Positions 55,290 to 64,000 of a stretch of DNA of 64,000 bases are shown one piece after another (positions within the stretch are counted from its first letter, which is position 1; each line of letters opens with the position of its first letter). Made by a program: the position numbers and the translations under genes. This stretch comes from Candidatus Eiseniibacteriota bacterium. GTDB taxonomy: Bacteria; Eisenbacteria; RBG-16-71-46. The DNA lies in assembly GCA_044223005.1 (NCBI GenBank), contig JBGAML010000014.1, forward strand, positions 1 to 64,000, written 5' to 3'. Below the pieces are notes generated by a model that made no database searches, was not told the DNA's origin, and saw only the letters and a program-made list of their open reading frames with translations.

Positions 55290-56750
55290 ATGACCACGAT
55301 CCCCGAGACCGTCTCACCGGAACGCCCCGGCCTGTTCGCGCAACTGCGCCAGCTCTCGCGCGCGTTCTGGATGCTCAACGTGATGGAGATGCTCGAGCGT
55401 CTCGCCTACTACGGCGTGCGCGTCGTGATCCCGATCTACATCGCCCAGGCCGACGAAATCCACGGCCTGCATTTCACGCCGGCGCAGAAGGGCGAGATCT
55501 TCATGTGGTGGGCGCTGGTCCAGGCCGGCGTGCCGATCTTCTCGGGCGGGTTCGCGGACCGCTACGGCTACAAGAAGACGATCGCCGCCTCGATCGCGAT
55601 CAAGGTCGCGGGCTACCTGCTCATGGCGACCCAGCGCAGCTACGCCGGCTTCCTCACCGGCTGCCTCGTGCTGGCGTTCGGGACGGCCATCTTCAAGCCC
55701 GGCGTCTGGGGCGCGATGCAGCGTTCCATGACCAAGCAGACGTCGTCGACGGGCTGGGGCATCTTCTACATGCTCGTGAACGTCGGCGGCTTCCTCGGGC
55801 CGCCCCTCGCCCACTACCTGCACGGCTACTCGTGGCCGACGGTGTTCTTCGGCTGCGCGGGCATCGTCTCGCTCAACTGGCTCATGCTCTTCACCTACCC
55901 GAGCGTGGACGCGGGCGGCGACCGGTCGGCAGGCGTGCTGAAGACCGCGTGGATCACGTTCTCGAACCTGTTCCAACCGCGGCTGCTCGTCTTCATCCTG
56001 ATCATGTCGGGCTTCTGGCTCATGTTCATGCAGCTCTTCGACCAGCTGCCCAACTTCATCGTCGACTGGGTGGACTCCACCGCGCTGGTGCGCTCGCTCC
56101 ATCTCCCGGCGGCCGTCACCACGGCGACGGGCCGCGGGACGATGATCTCGCAGGAGTGGATGATCAACCTCGACTCCTTCCTGATCGTCGCGCTGGTCGT
56201 CTGGGTGTCGTGGCTGGTCTCGCGCATGCGCCGCGTGCATTCGATCTTCGTCGGCATCGTGATCGCGTCGGGCGGGCTGCTGCTCGCGGGCATCACCATG
56301 TCGGGCGCCCTCTGCCTTGCGGGCATCGCGATCTTCGCATTCGGCGAGATGCTCTCGAGCCCCAAGATGAACGACTACCTCGGCGTGATCGCGCCCGAGG
56401 ACAAGAAGGGGCTCTACATGGGCTACGCCAACATGCCGACCGCGATCGGCTGGGCGTACGGCTCGCGGCTGGCGGGCTCGCTCTACGAGCGCATGGGCGA
56501 GAAGGCCGGGCTCGCGCTGCGCTGGCTCCAGGCCAACGGCGGCGTCCCGGTGGGCGTCGATCGCGCGAACGCGATGGAGGCCATGCAGCGGGTGAGCGGC
56601 CTCGATGCGACGCGCGCCACACAGCTACTCTGGCAGACCTACCACCCGTGGCAGTTCTGGTACCCGCTGGTGGGAATCGGGGTCGCGTCGGCGATCGCGA
56701 TTCTCTTCTACGCCCGGTGGGCGAAGCGGTACGAGGCCGCCGACATCTAG
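55290..56750 (+). CDS. POT/PTR-family (MFS) peptide transporter
   Basis: EMLERLAYYG motif, GGFADRYG, FKP, FYMLVNVGG, GEMLSSP. Confidence 0.88.
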   Translation: MTTIPETVSPERPGLFAQLRQLSRAFWMLNVMEMLERLAYYGVRVVIPIYIAQADEIHGLHFTPAQKGEIFMWWALVQAGVPIFSGGFADRYGYKKTIAASIAIKVAGYLLMATQRSYAGFLTGCLVLAFGTAIFKPGVWGAMQRSMTKQTSSTGWGIFYMLVNVGGFLGPPLAHYLHGYSWPTVFFGCAGIVSLNWLMLFTYPSVDAGGDRSAGVLKTAWITFSNLFQPRLLVFILIMSGFWLMFMQLFDQLPNFIVDWVDSTALVRSLHLPAAVTTATGRGTMISQEWMINLDSFLIVALVVWVSWLVSRMRRVHSIFVGIVIASGGLLLAGITMSGALCLAGIAIFAFGEMLSSPKMNDYLGVIAPEDKKGLYMGYANMPTAIGWAYGSRLAGSLYERMGEKAGLALRWLQANGGVPVGVDRANAMEAMQRVSGLDATRATQLLWQTYHPWQFWYPLVGIGVASAIAILFYARWAKRYEAADI

Positions 56751-56966
56751 TCGCCGCAGCACCGTCCGATCACGCCCGCCGCGGCCCTCCGCGGCGGGCG
56801 TTGCATTTTGCGCAACCCGCTGGGGAATCCGGGGGCCGTTCCACGCCTCCCACCTTGTGACGGCGTCGCCGGAATCGGTACGATTGTTCCAGTGTCGCCG
56901 TACCGTACCCGGCCTGCCCCGGGCGTTCGTCCCCCCGATCGACTCACCCTGTTCCACGGAAGGCCC

Positions 56967-59222
56967 ATGTCCCGACTTCTCGCACTGCTCCTCGCGGTCT
57001 CCCTGGTGGGGGCCGCTCCCGCATACGCCGCCAAGGCGCTCTTCGACGACGCCCATGCCGAGGACGCCGGCAATGCCGACTGGGTGATCGACGACAACTT
57101 CCCGATCCCCTCGCCCGCCCAGAGCGGCATCACCCCGGGCACCACGGGGACGTACTGGACGGGCGCCATCTCGTCGTTCGGCGTCGCGCTCGTGAAGCGC
57201 GGCTACACGGTCCACTCGAACACGAGCACGATCACGTACGGCAACGCGGGCAACGCGTACGACCTGTCGAACTATGACCTGTTCATCGTGCCCGAGCCGA
57301 ACACGCTGTTCAGCGCGGCCGAAGCCACGGCGATCCTGAACTTCGTGCACGACGGCGGCGGCCTGATCGCCATTTCGGACCACTCGGCGTCCGATCGCAA
57401 CAACGATGGCCAGGACTCGCCGATGATCTGGAACGCCCTCGACCCGACGCACGCGCTGCTCGGGATCCACTACGGCGTCGTGGGCGACGCGAACAACAAC
57501 ATCGTCCAGACATCCACCAACGTCGCGACCTCGGTGACCGACTCGATCACGCACGGTCCCGTGGGCACCGTGACGGGCCTCGCGTTCCACAACGGCACCA
57601 CGATGACGCTCTACCCCGCCTCGAACCCGACGGTGCGCGGCGAGGTCTGGATGACGGGCACGGCGCAGGGCAGCACGACCAACGTCATGGCCGGCTCCGT
57701 TCAGTACGGCAGCGGCCGCATCTTCTTCGTCGGCGACAGTTCGCCGGTCGACGACGGCAGCGCCCGTGCGGGCAACTCCAGCATCTACGACGGCTGGGGC
57801 GAAGTCGGTGCGACGGACAGCACGCTGTTCCTGAACGCCGCGCTGTGGGCGACTCGCCGCGTCGCCTCGGGCGACACGCAGGTGCCGACGATCACGGTCA
57901 TCGCGCCCGACGGCGGCGAGACCTGGAAGGTCGGTTCGACGCACGCGATCACGTGGACGGCGAGCGACAACGTGGGCGTGACGAGCGTCGATCTCAAGCT
58001 CTCCAACGACGGCGGCGCCACGTTCCCGACCACGATCGCGACAGGTCTCGCCAACACGGGCAGCTACAACTGGACGGTCTACAATATCGCGGGCTCGACG
58101 ATGCGCGTGCAGGCGATCGCGCACGACGCCGCCGGCAACACGGGCTCCGACGCGAGCAACGCCAACTTCACGGTCGACCGCTGGTCGATCGTCTCGAGCG
58201 CGGGCACCAACGGGTCGATCTCGCCGCTCGGCACGACGACGGTGATCGAGGGCTCGAGCCAGGGCTACACGATCACGCCCAACGGCGGCTTCGCGATCGC
58301 CAACGTCCTGGTGGACGGCGCCAGCGTCGGGACGCCCAGCTCGTACACGTTCACCAACGTCACCGCCAACCACACGATCGCGGCGAGCTTCACGGTCGTG
58401 ACGATGTCGGTCTCGACCAGCGTCGTGGGCGGCGGCACGATCACGCGCGATCCGGACCTGGCCTCCTACCCGCAGGGTTCCAGCGTGCAGCTGACGGCGA
58501 ACCCCGGCCCGGGCTGGGCGTTCACGGGCTGGAGCGGTAGCGCGACCGGCACGGACAATCCCGTCACGCTCACCGTCTCGCAGCCGCTCTCGGTGACCGC
58601 GACGTTCGCCGACGTCGCCGCGCCCGCGGTGACCGTGCTCGCGCCCAACGGCGGCGAGTCGTGGACGTACGGCTCGACGCAGGCCATCACCTGGTCGGCG
58701 TCGGACAACGCCGCGGTCGCGAACGTGTCGCTCGAGTACTCGCTCGACGGCACGGCGGGACCGTGGACGTCGATCGTGACGGGCCTCGGCAACTCGGGCA
58801 CCTTCGACTGGACGCTGCCGTCGCAGGCGTCGACGACGGCGCTCGTGCGCGTGCTCGCGCTCGACGCGGCGACCAACGCGGGTGCGGACACGAGCGACGC
58901 GGTCTTCGAGATCAAGGATCCGAGCGCGGGCGTCGGCGACGGTCCGGCGGTCTTCGCCCTCTTCGCCCCGGTGCCGAACCCCTCGCCCGGCACCACGGCG
59001 CTCGCGTTCTCGCTGCCGCAGCCGGCGCACGCGCATCTCGACGTGCTCGACGCCGGCGGCCGCCGCGTCGCCGGGTTCGACGGCGAGTTCGGCGCCGGGC
59101 GGCACACGTGGCACTGGGACGGCCGGCTGGCGAGCGGTTCGCGGGCGCGCGCGGGGCTCTACTTCGTGCGCTTCACGAGCCCGTTCGGCACCCGCATGCA
59201 GCGGCTCGTGCGACTCGACTAG
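56967..59222 (+). CDS. Secreted multidomain protein (GATase-like domain, Ig-like and InlB-B repeats, FlgD/T9SS-like CTD)
   Basis: Signal peptide; FDDAHAEDAGNADW, PEPN, ISDH..DRNNDG; two APxGGE-W..ITW.ASDN repeats; FTGWSG; PNP..WDG..GLYFVR. Confidence 0.82.
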   Translation: MSRLLALLLAVSLVGAAPAYAAKALFDDAHAEDAGNADWVIDDNFPIPSPAQSGITPGTTGTYWTGAISSFGVALVKRGYTVHSNTSTITYGNAGNAYDLSNYDLFIVPEPNTLFSAAEATAILNFVHDGGGLIAISDHSASDRNNDGQDSPMIWNALDPTHALLGIHYGVVGDANNNIVQTSTNVATSVTDSITHGPVGTVTGLAFHNGTTMTLYPASNPTVRGEVWMTGTAQGSTTNVMAGSVQYGSGRIFFVGDSSPVDDGSARAGNSSIYDGWGEVGATDSTLFLNAALWATRRVASGDTQVPTITVIAPDGGETWKVGSTHAITWTASDNVGVTSVDLKLSNDGGATFPTTIATGLANTGSYNWTVYNIAGSTMRVQAIAHDAAGNTGSDASNANFTVDRWSIVSSAGTNGSISPLGTTTVIEGSSQGYTITPNGGFAIANVLVDGASVGTPSSYTFTNVTANHTIAASFTVVTMSVSTSVVGGGTITRDPDLASYPQGSSVQLTANPGPGWAFTGWSGSATGTDNPVTLTVSQPLSVTATFADVAAPAVTVLAPNGGESWTYGSTQAITWSASDNAAVANVSLEYSLDGTAGPWTSIVTGLGNSGTFDWTLPSQASTTALVRVLALDAATNAGADTSDAVFEIKDPSAGVGDGPAVFALFAPVPNPSPGTTALAFSLPQPAHAHLDVLDAGGRRVAGFDGEFGAGRHTWHWDGRLASGSRARAGLYFVRFTSPFGTRMQRLVRLD

Positions 59223-59241
59223 TACGCGCCAACGGCGAAGA

Positions 59242-59276
59242 CGACGGCCGCTCCCGGGATCCGGGAGCGGCCGTCG
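59242..59276. terminator. Bidirectional terminator
   Basis: 16-bp inverted repeat CGACGGCCGCTCCCGG-GAT-CCGGGAGCGGCCGTCG between convergent genes. Confidence 0.7.
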
Positions 59277-59290
59277 CGTTGCGTGCGGCG

Positions 59291-59683
59291 TCAGTTCCCG
59301 GCGTGCTTCTGCGCCATCACCAGCGCGGCACCGGCGAAGTAGGCGATCACCCAGTAGACGTACGCGATGCGCGCGTAGAGATGCTGCCCATTCGAGAGCG
59401 GCGCGTCGCCCTGCGCCCGCCAGTGGCTCCAGATCACGAACACGTCGCGCGCCATGAGCAGCAGCGCGGAGTAGCCGAGCCAGCCATGCAGCGTGGGCGC
59501 GAAGCTGCCGGTGGCGGCGACCATGAGCGCGGTCGCGATCACGTCGAACGCGAGTCCGGCGGTCAGGAAACCGCGCACGCCGGCGGTCGCCCGGCGGGTG
59601 CGCTGCTCCTTCCAGGTACCGATCGAATAGAAGATCAGGGCGAGCGTGACCGTGCTCACCGCGGCCATGCGAATGGGATTCAC
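59291..59683 (-). CDS. Small 4-TM protein, HsmA/TIGR03987-like
   Basis: TLALIFYSIGTW, GLAFDVIATALM, LHGWLG, YWVIAYFAG; GAGG RBS before GTG 59683. Confidence 0.7.
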   Translation of the reverse strand: MNPIRMAAVSTVTLALIFYSIGTWKEQRTRRATAGVRGFLTAGLAFDVIATALMVAATGSFAPTLHGWLGYSALLLMARDVFVIWSHWRAQGDAPLSNGQHLYARIAYVYWVIAYFAGAALVMAQKHAGN

Positions 59684-59963
59684 GGGGGTCCTCGGGGTCG
59701 GCGTCGCGGCGGCGGCCGTCGCGGCGGAAACGGTGGACGTGGGGCACGACGGCCCGAACACTGACCGCCATCATGTCACGCGGCCTGCCCTCTCTGCATG
59801 ATCCGCGGCCCGCCCGCTCGAATCGACGACCGCAACCCGTTGCCGCACAACGCGTCACGACCCATGCCGAAACGGCACGCCCTCTGCTCTCACGCATTCG
59901 TGTGCATTCCGGCCCCGCTGCCCCCGTGGCAGGGCCCGCCGCGAACCGAGGGAGTCCTCCGCC

Positions 59964-61577
59964 ATGCCGTCGCGAATCCTGTTGGGAGACGAGGCCGTCG
60001 CGCTCGGGGCGATCCATGCCGGGCTGACCGCCGCCTACGCCTACCCGGGCACGCCGTCCACCGAGATCACCGAGTTCCTGCTCGACCACCAGGCCCGCCA
60101 CGGCGGGCCGCATGCGGCTTGGTGCGCGAACGAGAAGACGGCCTACGAGGCCGCGCTCGGCACCTGCTTCGCGGGCCGGCGCGCGCTCGTGTCGATGAAG
60201 CACGTCGGGCTCAACGTGGCCGCGGACCCGTTCATGAACTCGGCGCTGGTCTCGACGCACGGCGGCCTGGTCGTGGCCGTGGCCGACGACCCGGGCATGC
60301 ACAGCTCGCAGAACGAACAGGACACGCGCTGGTACGCCGACTTCGCGCGCGTGCCGTGCCTCGAGCCGGCGACGCAGCAGGAGGCGTACGACATGACGCG
60401 CGAGGCGTTCGAGCTCTCGGAGCGCTTCGGCGTGCCGGTGGTCATGCGCCTCGTCACGCGGCTCTCGCACAGCCGCACGATGGTCGAGACGCGGGACGCG
60501 CGCGAGCCCAACCCGATCCGCAAGGCGCCGCAGAAGAACACGTGGGTGCTGCTGCCGGGCAACGCGCGCAAGCAGTGGGCGTCCCTGCTCGAGAAGCAGG
60601 CCGAGATCTCCGAGACCATGGCGAACTCGCCGTGGAACCCGCTCGTGCTGAACGCCGCCCGGCGCGACCTCGGCATCATCACCACCGGTATCGCGCGCAA
60701 CTACCTGCGCGAGAACCTCGCCGACCTGGGCTGGGAACCGTCGCACCTGCACATCGGCGCGTACCCGATTCCCGCCGACAAGGTGCGCGCGCTGGCGGCA
60801 CACTGCGAGCGGGTGCTGGTGCTCGAGGACGGCTATCCCTACGTCGAGCGGCTCATGCGCGGACTCCTGCCCACGAACACGCCGGTGCTCGGCCGCATGA
60901 GCGGCGACGTGCCGGCCGCGGGCGAGCTCTCGCCCGAGATCGTGCGCAAGTCGCTCGGCATCGCACCGCGGCCCGCGATGGGGCTCGAAGGCCTGGTGCT
61001 CCCCAACCGCCCACCGCAGCTCTGCCAGGGCTGCCCGCACGGCCACGCGTACAACGCGCTCAAGGAAGCGCTCGCGGGCTATGGCGCCACGATGGTCACC
61101 GCGGACATCGGCTGCTACACGCTGGGCGCGCTGCCGCCGTGGTCGGCGATCGAGTCCTGCGTCTGCATGGGCGCCTCGATCGGCATGGCGCGCGGTGCGG
61201 CCGAAGCGGGCTTCTCACCCGTCGTGGCCGTGATCGGCGACGGCACGTTCATGCATTCGGGCGTGCCGGGCCTCGTGGACGCCGCAGCGGCGAACGCGAA
61301 CATGACCCTGATCATCCTCGACAACCAGGCGACGGCGATGACGGGCGTGCAGGATCCGCTCGTGCCCTCCTCCCGCCTGCGCGACCTCGTGCTGGGCGCG
61401 GGCGTCGACCCGGCGCACCTGCACGTGGTCGACGCGCACCCGCGCAAGGTGCACGAGAACGCCGCGGTGCTGAAGGGCGAGATGGACCACGTGGGGCTCT
61501 CGGTGGTGATCGCGGTGCGCGAATGCAAGGTGGCCGCGAAGAAGCGCGCGCGGAACGCAGAGGTGGTGGCGTCATGA
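59964..61577 (+). CDS. iorA: Indolepyruvate:ferredoxin oxidoreductase alpha subunit
   Basis: YPGTPSTEI, NEKTA, MKHVGLNVAAD, SSQNEQD, CQGCPH, DIGCY, GDGTFMHSG. Confidence 0.92.
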   Translation: MPSRILLGDEAVALGAIHAGLTAAYAYPGTPSTEITEFLLDHQARHGGPHAAWCANEKTAYEAALGTCFAGRRALVSMKHVGLNVAADPFMNSALVSTHGGLVVAVADDPGMHSSQNEQDTRWYADFARVPCLEPATQQEAYDMTREAFELSERFGVPVVMRLVTRLSHSRTMVETRDAREPNPIRKAPQKNTWVLLPGNARKQWASLLEKQAEISETMANSPWNPLVLNAARRDLGIITTGIARNYLRENLADLGWEPSHLHIGAYPIPADKVRALAAHCERVLVLEDGYPYVERLMRGLLPTNTPVLGRMSGDVPAAGELSPEIVRKSLGIAPRPAMGLEGLVLPNRPPQLCQGCPHGHAYNALKEALAGYGATMVTADIGCYTLGALPPWSAIESCVCMGASIGMARGAAEAGFSPVVAVIGDGTFMHSGVPGLVDAAAANANMTLIILDNQATAMTGVQDPLVPSSRLRDLVLGAGVDPAHLHVVDAHPRKVHENAAVLKGEMDHVGLSVVIAVRECKVAAKKRARNAEVVAS

Positions 61578-62146
61578 AGTACGACATCGTGCTGGCGGGC
61601 GTGGGCGGACAGGGCGTGCTGTCGATGGCGGCGCTGATCGGCCGCGCGGCGATGACCGAGGGGTTGCACGCCAAGCAGTCCGAAGTGCACGGGATGGCGC
61701 AGCGCGGCGGTGCCGTGCAGGCGCACCTGCGGCTCTCGGACGGTCCGATCGAGAGTGACCTGATCCCGCAGGGCGCGGCCGACCTGATCCTCTCGCTCGA
61801 GCCGATCGAATCGTTGCGCTACGTCGCGTGGCTGTCGCCGCAGGGCACGCTCGTGACCTCGGCCAACGCCTTCGTGAACATTCCCGACTACCCGGACACG
61901 GAGACGATCCTGCAGCGCATCCGCGCCCTGCCACACGCGATCGTGGTCGAGGCCGAACGGCTCGCCGAGGAGTCGGGCGACGTGCTCGCGGTGAACACGG
62001 TGATGGTGGGTGCGGCGTCCCACCGGCTGCCGGTCCAGCCGGAGTCGCTGGTGCAGGCGGTCGAGGCGACGTTCGCGCGCAAGGGTGAAGCGACGCTGGC
62101 GGCCAACCGCGCGGCCTTCGCCGCGGGGAGGCGGGCCGCCCAGTGA
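61574..62146 (+). CDS. iorB: Indolepyruvate oxidoreductase beta subunit
   Basis: AGVGGQG, SEVHGMAQRGG, NTVMVG; ATGA overlap with iorA. Confidence 0.92.
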   Translation: MKYDIVLAGVGGQGVLSMAALIGRAAMTEGLHAKQSEVHGMAQRGGAVQAHLRLSDGPIESDLIPQGAADLILSLEPIESLRYVAWLSPQGTLVTSANAFVNIPDYPDTETILQRIRALPHAIVVEAERLAEESGDVLAVNTVMVGAASHRLPVQPESLVQAVEATFARKGEATLAANRAAFAAGRRAAQ

Positions 62147-64000
62147 ACGCACGTTCGGCATCGCCCGCCGCAGCTCCGACGCTCGGTTCGATCCTCGAAC
62201 GCGCCAGCCGCCGCCCCGAAGGCGTGCTGCTGGAGCCCGAAGGCCTCGACATCCTCGGCCTGCTCGGCTTCGATCTCCCCCGCCGCGTGCTCGCACGCGA
62301 CGCGGCGGAAATCGCGCGCATGCCGTGGCCATCGGTGCCGGGCGAGCGCGTGGTGCTCAAGGCGGTCTCGCCGCAGCTGCCGCACAAGACGGACGCGGGC
62401 GCGGTGGCCGTGCTGCCCAACCGCTCCACCACCGTCGCGGCGGCGGCGCGCGAGATGGAACTGCGGCTCGGCGACAAGGGCCTGCAGGGCTTCCTGCTCT
62501 GCGAGTTCGTGCCGCACGCGAGCGGCCCCGGCTCGGAGTTCCTGCTCGGCCTGCGCCACACGCGCGACTTCGGCCCGGTGGTGACGCTGGGCCCCGGCGG
62601 CGTGCACGCGGAGTTCCTGGCCCGCGCGCTGCGCGACGGCGAGTCGCTGGCGGTGTTCGCGCCCGAGCTGGCGCGCGAGCGCGTGCTCGAGGAGACGATC
62701 GCCCGCTTCGCCCCCGCCCGGCTCGCGACCGAGCCGCAGCGCGGCCAGAAGCCGCTGCTGCCGCGCGAGGCGCTGATCGATGCGGTGCGCCGCATGCTCA
62801 AGCTGGCGCGCGCACGCGAGGCGAGCGCGATCGCCGAGTTCGAGGTGAACCCGCTCGTCGTCTCCGACGGCCGCCTGGTGGCGCTGGACGCGCTGGGCTC
62901 GTTCGCGAGCGTGCGCGAGCTGCCGGCGCCGCCGCGCCCCGTGCACCGCGTGCGGGCGCTGCTCGAGCCGCGCTCGATCGCCGTGATGGGCGTTTCCGAG
63001 AAGAACCTGAACCCCGGACGCATCATCCTGCAGAACGTGCTGCGTGAGGGGTTCGACGCCGAGGCGATCACGGTCGTGAAACCCGACGCGGACCGCATCG
63101 ACGGCTGCCGCTGCGTGGGTTCGCTCGCCGACCTGCCCGAGCCGGTCGACCTGCTGGTGCTGAGCGTCTCGGCCGCGCAGGCCGTGGAGGCGCTGATCGA
63201 GACCGCCGAGCAGCACCGCGCCGAGAGCGTGGTGCTGATCCCGGGCGGGCTCGACGAGAACCCGGACGCGAAGCCGCTGGTGGCCGAGATGCGCGACGCG
63301 CTCGCGCGGGCGCGCGCGACCGCCTGGGGCGGCCCGGTGGTGAACGGCGGCAACTGCCTCGGCGTGCGCTCGCGCCCGGGGCGCTTCGATACGCTGTTCA
63401 TTCCCGAGAGCAAGCTGCCGCGCCCGCTGACGGAGCCGGACCCGCTCGCGATGGTGACGGGCAGCGGCGCGTTCGCGGTGAGCAAGACGAGCAAGCTGGC
63501 CGACGTCCAGCCGCTCTACACGATCACGATCGGCAACCAGATGGACCTGACGGTGGCCGACTACCTCGAGTACCTGATCGAGGACCGGCGCGTCGAGGCG
63601 GTGGCGATCTACCTCGAGGGCTTCCGGCCGCTGGACGGCGCCCGCTTCACGCGCATCGTGGAGTCGTTCGTGCGCGAGGGCCGTCCGGTCATCCTCTACC
63701 TCGCGGGCCGCACGTCCGCAGGTGCCGCGGCCGCCGCCAGCCACACGGCGGCGGTCGCCGGCGACTTCACCGTGGCGCGCGCGCTCGCGCGTGCGGCGGG
63801 CGCCGTGGTGGCCGAGACGCTGGACGACTTCGAGGACCTCGTCCGGCTCTTCACGCGACTGCGCGGCCGCGCGCCGGAAGGCATGCGGCTCGGGGCGATG
63901 TCCAACGCCGGCTTCGAGGCGGTGGCGATCGCGGACCGCCTGGGCTCGTTCACGCTCGCGCCCTTCGCCGACGCGACGCGCGCGAAGCTGGACGCGACGC
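62143..64000 (+). CDS. ADP-forming acyl-CoA synthetase, beta-alpha fusion (partial, runs off window)
   Basis: My translation from GTG 62143: LLEPEG, VVLKAVSPQLPHKTDAG, FGPVV and EFEVNPL (ATP-grasp), then PRSIAVMGVS, GGNCLG, IGNQMD, YLEG and ASHTAAVAG. Confidence 0.88.
   Translation, partial: MNARSASPAAAPTLGSILERASRRPEGVLLEPEGLDILGLLGFDLPRRVLARDAAEIARMPWPSVPGERVVLKAVSPQLPHKTDAGAVAVLPNRSTTVAAAAREMELRLGDKGLQGFLLCEFVPHASGPGSEFLLGLRHTRDFGPVVTLGPGGVHAEFLARALRDGESLAVFAPELARERVLEETIARFAPARLATEPQRGQKPLLPREALIDAVRRMLKLARAREASAIAEFEVNPLVVSDGRLVALDALGSFASVRELPAPPRPVHRVRALLEPRSIAVMGVSEKNLNPGRIILQNVLREGFDAEAITVVKPDADRIDGCRCVGSLADLPEPVDLLVLSVSAAQAVEALIETAEQHRAESVVLIPGGLDENPDAKPLVAEMRDALARARATAWGGPVVNGGNCLGVRSRPGRFDTLFIPESKLPRPLTEPDPLAMVTGSGAFAVSKTSKLADVQPLYTITIGNQMDLTVADYLEYLIEDRRVEAVAIYLEGFRPLDGARFTRIVESFVREGRPVILYLAGRTSAGAAAAASHTAAVAGDFTVARALARAAGAVVAETLDDFEDLVRLFTRLRGRAPEGMRLGAMSNAGFEAVAIADRLGSFTLAPFADATRAKLDAT

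Noticed and set aside
56625..61046. Very long ORFs in the track (this one, 34473..37889, 26951..29710, 50737..53559 and others)
   Set aside because: Arg/Ala/Gly-rich shadow frames over clearly identified genes, as expected at high GC.

Overview
GC-rich (roughly 70% by eye) chromosomal window from a diderm bacterium. A PorV-like barrel and several proteins with FlgD/T9SS-type C-terminal domains suggest a Candidatus Eisenbacteria/FCB-related lineage (inference only). About 46 CDSs and 2 tRNAs can be supported. Left part: comEC (partial), a PEGA-domain membrane protein, mltD-like, a glgC/glgD-like pair, porV-like, the trpS-scpA-scpB-cupin-rluB operon, a GAF-SpoIIE phosphatase, an MshEN-PilB ATPase plus HD-GYP, tRNA-Ala(GGC), DUF853, a GT-C-like protein, a GH18-CE4-GT2 fusion, and potABCD plus an outer-membrane barrel. 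After tRNA-Leu(CAA) comes an accessory stretch: a TIGR03067 protein with a structured leader, a SatD plus membrane-protein pair behind a 28-bp-periodic palindrome array, secreted CTD proteins and a methyltransferase. Right part: peptidases, a hexaheme cytochrome-4Fe4S-NrfD-heme kinase-REC-REC/GcvH-like operon, a POT transporter, and iorAB plus an ADP-forming acyl-CoA synthetase (partial). No CRISPR array, integrase or transposase was seen. The best candidates for undescribed biology are the SatD palm/HTH plus TM-partner module with its operator array, the leader RNA at 37.8-37.95 kb, and the redox operon ending in a lysine-less GcvH-like receiver fusion. Most long ORFs in the supplied track are antisense shadows. 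All family assignments come from motif recognition, not database searches.
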